DNA of 32,000 nucleotides from Candidatus Iainarchaeum sp. (GTDB lineage Archaea > Iainarchaeota > Iainarchaeia > Iainarchaeales > JACQJH01): positions 360,001-392,000 of the forward strand of contig JACQJH010000001.1 in NCBI GenBank assembly GCA_016205145.1. Direction: 5' to 3'. The notes beneath the pieces were generated by a model, which did no database searches, was not told where the DNA came from, and saw only the letters and a program-made list of their open reading frames with translations. The position numbers were made by a program, and so were the translations under genes. Positions 24,412-30,827 of this stretch are shown in pieces; position 1 is the stretch's first letter; the number at the start of each line of letters is the position of its first letter.

Positions 24412-25559
24412 TTCACGAAAACCTCTTCGCCTTTTTTCATGTGCTCAAGAATCATTCCGGAAATTTCCGGGCGCATCGCCTCTGCCGGAGGCATTTCGCC
24501 GGCCAAAAGGATTTTTCTCAGCTGGGTGCCGCTTATGTGCAGCCTGTGCTCTTCCCCGACTTCGCTTGCATGGCCGTATTTCCCGGTCTTTTTTGAATAA
24601 AATACCTCGTCAAACTTGACAGGCACCACATCCAGGTCGTCGAACCTGTCGAATATCTTGTGCGAATCGAAGGGCCCGTAAAAGTCCTTGACTCCCGTGT
24701 GGTCCCTTCCTACAACAAAGTGGCTGCAGCCGTAATTCTTGCGCACCAGCGCGGTAAAGATCGCCTCGCGCGGCCCGCCGTACCTTGAAAAAGTCGACAG
24801 CGCTGAAAACACGACCCTGTTTTTTGGATAGAACTGGTCCACCATTATCCTGTAGCTTTCAACTATTATGGGCGTGGTGAAATCGCCGCTCTTTTTCCTG
24901 CCAATGACGGGATGCACGAACAGGCCGTCGCAGCCGCTTTTCTTCAGGCCCTCCATCTGCACGAACTCGTGGCTCCTGTGGATGGCATTCCTGGTGTGGA
25001 AGCCCAAAACATTGCTCCAGCCGCGCTGTTCGAAAATTTTTCTGGTTTCGCCCGGTGTGAGTTCCCATTTCTTGAACGGGCTTTGCGCCCGCTTGACCAA
25101 ATCGATTTTTCCGCCCACAAAAATCTTGCCGGCATCAAAAGTCCTTTTCACGCCCGGATGCTCCAAACTTTTAGTGCCGTAGACCTTTTCCACTATTTCA
25201 TGCCGGTCAAATTCGAATTTTTCCTCGACGTGCAGCAATGCAATCGCTTCATTGTTCTTGTCCGCAAGCGCAATCGTGTCGTTTTCGGAAAAGTTTTTCG
25301 CTTCTTCTTCCGAAATGTTCAGGGTTATGGGCAGGGTCCACGGAACCCCGCTTTCAAGCCGCATCCTGTCGACAACGCTTTGCAAATCGTTCCTGCAGAA
25401 AAAGCCTTCAACCGGCGAAAACCCGCCCAACGCAATCTGTTCCGCGTCCATGACAACTGTTTCATCCGCATTGTGCACGAACAATTCCTTCAATTCGCTT
25501 CCGGAAATTTTCGCCGGCCTTTCAACAAGCCTTCCGCCGTGCGGTTTTACAAGCGCCAT
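24408..25559 (-). CDS. sat: sulfate adenylyltransferase (ATP sulfurylase)
   Basis: GFHTRNAIHRSHEFV (QxRNxxHxxH-type) and HFVVGRDHTG motifs are present. The ATG at 25559 (MALVKPHGG) was preferred over the TTG at 25571. Confidence 0.9.
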   Translation of the reverse strand: MALVKPHGGRLVERPAKISGSELKELFVHNADETVVMDAEQIALGGFSPVEGFFCRNDLQSVVDRMRLESGVPWTLPITLNISEEEAKNFSENDTIALADKNNEAIALLHVEEKFEFDRHEIVEKVYGTKSLEHPGVKRTFDAGKIFVGGKIDLVKRAQSPFKKWELTPGETRKIFEQRGWSNVLGFHTRNAIHRSHEFVQMEGLKKSGCDGLFVHPVIGRKKSGDFTTPIIVESYRIMVDQFYPKNRVVFSALSTFSRYGGPREAIFTALVRKNYGCSHFVVGRDHTGVKDFYGPFDSHKIFDRFDDLDVVPVKFDEVFYSKKTGKYGHASEVGEEHRLHISGTQLRKILLAGEMPPAEAMRPEISGMILEHMKKGEEVFVK

Positions 25560-25586
25560 GCAATCCACCAATAACCCCTGATAAAC

Positions 25587-26630
25587 TCAAATGTAATGCA
25601 GTGCCTCAAGCCTTTTGATTATCTCTCCGGAATCGCTCATCGGTTCGACAAGCTCCGCATTTTCGCACAGTTTTTTCAGCATTTTCACGGTTTCAACAGG
25701 AAACTTTCCGTTTGCGGTTTCGCCCGCCAGAACCAATCCTGAAGCGCCGTCAAGAATCGTGTTTGTAACGTCCGTTGTTTCCGCGCGCGTCGGCTTGGGC
25801 TTTTCGGTCATGCTTTCAAGCAGGTGCGTTGCAATGAAAGTTTCCTTTCCCATGCCTTTCGCCTTCGCTATGACGATTTTCTGCACGAAAGGGATTTTTT
25901 CAACCGGGATTTCCGCGCCAAGGTCGCCCCTGTCAATGTAAACAATGTCGGATTTCGAGATTATGCCGTCCAAATCCTTTAGCGCGGCCTTGTGCTCGAT
26001 TTTTGAGATTATTTTCATGCCGCCGGAGATTTTCCTCAGCTCGTCGACGTCGTTTCCCGTGCGCGCAAACGACAGTGCAACGAATTCAACGCCCTTGCGC
26101 AAGGCAATCCTTATTGCCTCAACGTCGTTTTCGGTCAGGACCGGCCTTTCCGAATCCTGGTCAATGCTGATTGTCTTGTAGCTTGAAAGCCTTCCTCCGA
26201 CAAGTATCCTGCATTTCACGCCGCCTTCGCCGGTTTCAATGACTTCCGCCTCAATCGAGTTGTCGTCAATCAGCAGTTTAGTGCCCTTCTCCAAGCTTTT
26301 CATTATCCACGGAGTTTTGAGGCAGATTTTTTTTGCGTTTCCCTCTATTTGTTCCAATGCGATTTCGATTTTCGCGCCGGTTTTAAGTTCGACCGGCTTT
26401 TTCATTTTCCCCGTCCTGATTTCGGCGCCCTGCAAATCCAAAATTATGGGAATGGCTTTGTCCGTGCCCCGGATGAGGCCGGCAAGATCGGCGAATTCCT
26501 GCGGCGTGCAGTGCGAAAGGTTTATTCTCGCGATGTCCATTCCAGCCGCCTGCATTGCAAGGATTTTTTCCCTGTTCCATGTCGACGGTCCGATCGTGCA
26601 GACTATTTTTGTTTTCCTCGCGTTTTCCAT
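25587..26630 (-). CDS. pyk: pyruvate kinase, A+B domains only (no C-terminal regulatory domain)
   Basis: KTKIVCTIGPS, ARINLSH, DRGDLGAEIP, FIATHLLESM, PTRAETTDVTNTILDG and LAGETANGKFP are present. The ATG at 26630 (MENARKTKIV) lies 4 nt after the upstream stop. The protein is about 347 aa and ends shortly after the last barrel helix. Confidence 0.85.
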   Translation of the reverse strand: MENARKTKIVCTIGPSTWNREKILAMQAAGMDIARINLSHCTPQEFADLAGLIRGTDKAIPIILDLQGAEIRTGKMKKPVELKTGAKIEIALEQIEGNAKKICLKTPWIMKSLEKGTKLLIDDNSIEAEVIETGEGGVKCRILVGGRLSSYKTISIDQDSERPVLTENDVEAIRIALRKGVEFVALSFARTGNDVDELRKISGGMKIISKIEHKAALKDLDGIISKSDIVYIDRGDLGAEIPVEKIPFVQKIVIAKAKGMGKETFIATHLLESMTEKPKPTRAETTDVTNTILDGASGLVLAGETANGKFPVETVKMLKKLCENAELVEPMSDSGEIIKRLEALHYI

Positions 26631-26634
26631 GCTT

Positions 26635-28059
26635 TCACTTTTCCAGCAGGCTTTTTCCCTGCAGATCCTTTGGCTTTTCCTCACCCAGAATGTCCATCAT
26701 CGTCGGGAACACGTCCAGAATGCTGATTGTCCCCATGTCGCCGCGCCCGCCGATTTTTTCGTCGACAATGACAAAGCTGCCTTCCGGCGCATGCCCCGCG
26801 TCATCGCTGCCGACTGTCGTCGAGGTTGAATAAAGCCCCTTGTTGCCCACGTCATTGTTCACGCCCCAGACAAGGTTGTCGAAGTAGACAATCATTTCCG
26901 GGCATTCGTCATCGAAGCCGTTTTTGTAAATGTCCTTCGCAAAAAAGACCTTGTTGTCGAGCTTTTCGCCTTTCCCGCCCCTGATTGCCAAAAGCTTTTT
27001 TTCAAGTTCCCCGCCGAGCCAATCGCATTCGTCTTTTCCGAGAATGCCCTTGTGGCCCAATGCCTTCCTGTCCCGGTTGAGATAGATTCTTCCCTGATAG
27101 CCGCCGACCGCAAATGCTTTTGTCTTCTGCCAGTCGATGCCTGAAAGCCTCAGCCTTGCGGGCTTTTCCGCGGTTTCGTTTTCAAATTCCTTTTTGAGAA
27201 CAAGATAGCCTTCCCTGCGCAGCCAGTCGTTGAGGTTGACGCGGCCGTCCATGCGCTCCATGCCGTGGTCGGATGAAACAATGATGCTGGTGTTGTCCGG
27301 CAGCAATTTGAGCAGTTCGCCCAATTTTTTGTCCACGAAAGCGTAAAAGTCGCGCACCGCGTTTTTGTACGGCGAATCCCCTTGGAAGTTTACATGCTTT
27401 TCGTCGAAGAACCGCCAGAGCATGTGGTTCAGCCTGTCGGTTCCAATCACAACCGCCATGAAAAAATCCCATTCCTTGTTTTTGAGGCAGTGCTCCATCA
27501 GCTTGAAGTGCATTTCCGTCATCTTGTAGGTGCGGTTCAGCAGATCGTCCACGTCAAGTTTCTTGTAGCCTGTGAACCCGGCAACGTCAAAAACGTATTC
27601 CTCGCCGCCAAGGAGTTCAAGCATTTCTTTTTTGAATTCTTCCGGATAAACGCAGTCGTACTTGAAGCCAGGCGTCATGAAATCTGAAACCATTATCCCG
27701 TTTATTTTCCTGACCGGGAAAGTGAGCGGCACGTTCAGCACAACGCTTTTTTTCCCCTTTTCCGAGAGGATGTCCCAAATCTGCGGCTTTTTTTTCAGCG
27801 TCGAGTCCACAAGCCTTACTCCGTCGCTTTGCGGCTCGAAGCGCGTGTAAGAGTAAACCCCCAATTCACCCGGATCCCTGCCGGATGCAAGGGCATTCCA
27901 TGCAATTATAGTGCTCGGCGGAACAGTCGACCTGATTTTGGCATACGCGCCTTTTTCCATCAGCCTTGAAATGTTGGGCAGATGCTTTTTCCACTCGCCG
28001 AAAACGAGCTTCGGCGGAGCGCCGTCAATGCCGAAAACGAAAACCTTTTTGCCTGCCAT
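26635..28059 (-). CDS. alkaline-phosphatase-superfamily enzyme (type I phosphodiesterase/nucleotide pyrophosphatase family)
   Basis: FVFGIDGAPP (metal Asp), TVPPSTIIAWNALASG (nucleophile Thr region) and IVSSDHGM are present. The ATG at 28059 (MAGKKVFVF) was preferred over the TTG at 28083. A TATA-like atttatt lies about 23 nt upstream. Confidence 0.8.
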   Translation of the reverse strand: MAGKKVFVFGIDGAPPKLVFGEWKKHLPNISRLMEKGAYAKIRSTVPPSTIIAWNALASGRDPGELGVYSYTRFEPQSDGVRLVDSTLKKKPQIWDILSEKGKKSVVLNVPLTFPVRKINGIMVSDFMTPGFKYDCVYPEEFKKEMLELLGGEEYVFDVAGFTGYKKLDVDDLLNRTYKMTEMHFKLMEHCLKNKEWDFFMAVVIGTDRLNHMLWRFFDEKHVNFQGDSPYKNAVRDFYAFVDKKLGELLKLLPDNTSIIVSSDHGMERMDGRVNLNDWLRREGYLVLKKEFENETAEKPARLRLSGIDWQKTKAFAVGGYQGRIYLNRDRKALGHKGILGKDECDWLGGELEKKLLAIRGGKGEKLDNKVFFAKDIYKNGFDDECPEMIVYFDNLVWGVNNDVGNKGLYSTSTTVGSDDAGHAPEGSFVIVDEKIGGRGDMGTISILDVFPTMMDILGEEKPKDLQGKSLLEK

Positions 28060-28161
28060 GAAAAAACCCTGCCAGACCGCCAATAAATCTTAATTAGTCT
28101 TAATTAACTATAATTGGCGGATTTTTAAACCTTTTTGGTGCAATCGCCGGTTCTTTGCATA

Positions 28162-28818
28162 TTATTTTGATTTGTTCCAATTGCAGTATCCGCATTCTTC
28201 CGCGGCGCGCGGTTCCGAGCCATTCAGCGTTTTTAGCGCGTTGTCGAATATTTTTTGCGCGTTTTCAGTTGAAATTTTCATTTTTTTGAGGTCGCTGTGG
28301 AATACCGCGTCGCCGTTTTCATTGATTTTGTTTGGATGGTAGAACAGCAGGTAGGCGTAGTCTTCCGTTTTGTGGCCGTTTTTTCTGAGCAAAAAGTTGT
28401 ACAAATCCATTTGGTCCTGGTAGTGTTCGTGGGTGTCGTCCTTGCACGGATAGCCCCTTGTCTTGAAGTCCAGGACGACAAGCCTGCCTTTGTGCACCAA
28501 AAGGTTGTCAACCGCGCCCATCAAAACGTTGCCTTGGCCGTCTATCCAGCGGATGCCCCTGAAATTGTTGCGCCAATCATCCAGCAGGGCCTTGTCGTCG
28601 AAAAGCCTGTATTCGCCGTCCAATTCCTTCAATTCCGGCGGCAGTCTGCCCTTGTCCCTGAACGAGTCAAAATGCTCCTTCAAAACCCTGTCCATTCCGG
28701 ACGGCAGGGAAGGAAAGATTCCGGAGGGCCGCTTCACGCCCTTGTTGAACTGCAGCCAAAAACAGCGCGGGCAATCCTTCAGCAAAGACAAAGACGATGG
28801 GGAGAATTTGTAGGGCAT
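28162..28818 (-). CDS. Cas4/RecB-like PD-(D/E)XK nuclease with four Cys (CxxC...CxxC)
   Basis: SPSSLSLLKDCPRCFW at the N-terminus, GAVDNLL-x9-LVVLDFKT (D...D-x-K), QDQMDLYNFLL (QxxxY) and C-terminal ECGYCNW are present. There is no adjacent cas1/cas2 or CRISPR array. Confidence 0.75.
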   Translation of the reverse strand: MPYKFSPSSLSLLKDCPRCFWLQFNKGVKRPSGIFPSLPSGMDRVLKEHFDSFRDKGRLPPELKELDGEYRLFDDKALLDDWRNNFRGIRWIDGQGNVLMGAVDNLLVHKGRLVVLDFKTRGYPCKDDTHEHYQDQMDLYNFLLRKNGHKTEDYAYLLFYHPNKINENGDAVFHSDLKKMKISTENAQKIFDNALKTLNGSEPRAAEECGYCNWNKSK

Positions 28819-28825
28819 TATTCAA

Positions 28826-29002
28826 TCACTTCAATTGTTTGAAATATTTCAGCATCCTTATTGTTTGTAAAATGGCGGCATCATATTTTCCTATTTCATT
28901 AATTTCTTTTATCAGCGTGGGTATTAAATCATCAAAAAAAAGTACTTTAATATTTTTTTCTTGAAGTTTTTTCACCCAATAATCTAATTTTACTTTGCCC
29001 AT
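28826..29002 (-). CDS. unlisted 58-codon ORF (MGKVKLDYWVKKLQEKNIKVLFFDDLIPTLIKEINEIGKYDAAILQTIRMLKYFKQLK), or a +1-frame extension of the upstream gene
   Basis: Translated by hand codon by codon. It runs from ATG 29002-29000 to TGA 28828-28826. It is below the 60-aa cut-off of the supplied track. It overlaps the 3' end of gene 28947..30173 by 56 nt and ends 7 nt before the Cas4-like ATG. It is open despite the very AT-rich context. Confidence 0.35.
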   Translation of the reverse strand: MGKVKLDYWVKKLQEKNIKVLFFDDLIPTLIKEINEIGKYDAAILQTIRMLKYFKQLK

Positions 29003-30173
29003 TTAAAAATTTGTAAGCCGGAATCAATTTCGTGATTTCTTCACTTACTGTTATTAAAAATTCTTTTTTGTGAAGGTCAGAATAATCTCGTGGATAAATT
29101 TTTTTTATTGCAAATTGAAAAAGTTTCCGGTTTTTTATTTTTTTAATTAAATATTCTGTGTCATTTTTTTTGAAATATTTTCCAGTTTCTATTTCAAGAA
29201 TGGTACTTTCTTTCTTTTCTCTTGGGCGAATCATCACTTTGTCATCAAGTCTTATTTTATGTTCTTGTAACTTTTGGCAAATTTTTGTAAATTCTGCTGG
29301 TTTTGCTTCTATTTGGTTAAGTACTTTTTTTGTTGCTATTTTTCCTTCGGCCCATAGTTCTACCCCAAAACCATTTTCGTTTAGATATACTGAATAATGA
29401 ATCTTTTGTACAATTGACAGTTTTGAATCTTTGTCATCATATATTGCCGACCAGACGCCCCTGGAATCTTTTTTTAAATTGCCAACTGGTTTATGATTTG
29501 GTTTTTGGAATGGCTGGCCTTTTTTGATTTTTTCAAATAGTTCGTTGCTAAATTGTTCAAATTTTCTTTTTACTACTTCTCTTTTTTCTCTGATTGGATC
29601 TTCGTCTATATTTAAAAATGCGTCAAAATCACTTTTTTTAAATCCTAAAAAACTGCTCAAACCCATTACCTCCATAAATTCGGTAAATTGTGATATTAAA
29701 AATTGATCTTTTTCGGTTAATGCAGGTATTTCTTGGATTTTTTTTGTTATTTCCTGCCAGGTAAAAAACTTAGCGTTAATATTTTCTGTAATTTTTTTGC
29801 TTTGTGGATCTTTAGTCAAAACTAGCAAAATATTATTATCTTTTTTTGGGTCAAATTCAATTTTGTGATTTTTTAACTGTTCTAATGTGAGTTTGGCTTG
29901 AACTTTTGATTCAATTACAATTCTTGTTTTTTCATAATCTATCACTGCATCAGGGGTGGATTTGATTGACTTTGTTTGAAGCTGAAAAATTGTGTTTTTT
30001 GCAATTGGGAGTTCAAGTTTTTTAAATATTTTGTTTTTTGTGTCCTCGCTACAAAATTCGAGCAAATTTATGAGTGATTTGGTGACATTATTTTCAATTT
30101 GATAATCTATTTTGTTCTTATTAGATGACTGGCTGCGATAGTAAAAGAAGATGTTTTGGTGCGGATCTTTCAT
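28947..30173 (-). CDS. PD-(D/E)XK nuclease-fold protein (N-terminal ~130 aa) fused to a ~270-aa uncharacterised region
   Basis: IENNVTKSLINLLEF ... PDAVIDYEKTRIVIESKVQAKLTLEQLKNH gives an E / PD / E-x-K / Q pattern. The remainder is Lys/Glu-rich alpha/beta with no motif I recognise. The ATG overlaps the upstream stop (ATGA at 30170-30173). G+C is about 22-27% by hand count on sample lines. Confidence 0.7.
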   Translation of the reverse strand: MKDPHQNIFFYYRSQSSNKNKIDYQIENNVTKSLINLLEFCSEDTKNKIFKKLELPIAKNTIFQLQTKSIKSTPDAVIDYEKTRIVIESKVQAKLTLEQLKNHKIEFDPKKDNNILLVLTKDPQSKKITENINAKFFTWQEITKKIQEIPALTEKDQFLISQFTEFMEVMGLSSFLGFKKSDFDAFLNIDEDPIREKREVVKRKFEQFSNELFEKIKKGQPFQKPNHKPVGNLKKDSRGVWSAIYDDKDSKLSIVQKIHYSVYLNENGFGVELWAEGKIATKKVLNQIEAKPAEFTKICQKLQEHKIRLDDKVMIRPREKKESTILEIETGKYFKKNDTEYLIKKIKNRKLFQFAIKKIYPRDYSDLHKKEFLITVSEEITKLIPAYKFLNGQSKIRLLGEKTSRKKY

Positions 30174-30820
30174 TTTTTTATCATCATTGAATTTTCATTA
30201 TTTTTCATGCGTATTTTTTTTGTATTTGGATATTTGCCGTTGTGGTCAAGAATATATTCGAATTCCTTGAACCACTGTGTTTCTTGTTGATTTCTCCAGA
30301 GTTCTAGTTCCTTGTTTCTAATGTTGATTTTAGTGCCATTTACAAATTCTCTTAGCGCATGGCAGTATGCGATGTACTGCGTTTCATCATTAGTATTAGT
30401 CAGCGTGTCTTGAAAGTAGGCAACTATTCTGAAGTCAAAAACAGCGTATTTGTCTGGCAATTTGAATGCAAGTATTGCAGATAGCATTGGCAGATTAATG
30501 CCTTTGGCCCCTTCTCGTTTAAGTTCCAGAAGTGCCGCTTTTATTTTTTTACGTTCAATATCTGCGCTTAAATTAGATTCTTTTAGGTCGGCCAGTAATT
30601 TATTCAATATGGTAGTGTGTTTATCTTTATCAAAATGACGGCGAATTCGTGGGGATTTCCAGTTTGCTATTGCCTTAAGCTGTATATGGGTAAGTTCGCT
30701 ATTGACAATTTTTTTGGAGGCTTCTAACTGAGAGTCCCTCTTTTGAACGGGCTCTTTTAGACACACTAAAATTTTTTTGGTGATTTCTTGCAACTCGGCG
30801 GGTTCGTCCATTTTGTTCAC
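30170..30820 (-). CDS. HhH-GPD-like (endonuclease III-type helix-hairpin-helix) protein, possible DNA glycosylase or DNA-binding module
   Basis: GINLPMLSAILAFKLPDKYAVFDFRIVAY aligns without gaps to the remembered E. coli Nth segment [29 protein letters not shown], including the Asp. The start is GTG at 30820 or ATG at 30811. Confidence 0.6.
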   Translation of the reverse strand: MNKMDEPAELQEITKKILVCLKEPVQKRDSQLEASKKIVNSELTHIQLKAIANWKSPRIRRHFDKDKHTTILNKLLADLKESNLSADIERKKIKAALLELKREGAKGINLPMLSAILAFKLPDKYAVFDFRIVAYFQDTLTNTNDETQYIAYCHALREFVNGTKINIRNKELELWRNQQETQWFKEFEYILDHNGKYPNTKKIRMKNNENSMMIKK

Positions 30821-30827
30821 ATTCTTG

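Larger units (their letters stand above)
28819..30820. other. strongly AT-rich compositional patch (putatively foreign DNA)
   Basis: Hand counts on 60-nt lines gave 16/60 G+C at 29041, 13/60 at 29521 and 21/60 at 30301. By comparison, 33/60 was counted at 27001 and 27-29/60 within 30901-31440. Confidence 0.6.

Noticed and set aside
1199-28083. Longest-ORF starts given in the track (1199, 9442, 12422, 12987, 17594, 18573, 18695, 25571, 26684, 28083)
   Set aside because: Most are TTG/GTG codons that extend into the upstream gene or into a TATA-like box. Downstream ATGs sit 1-5 nt after the upstream stop or form ATGA/8-nt overlaps, and they give canonical family N-termini. Start choices remain predictions.
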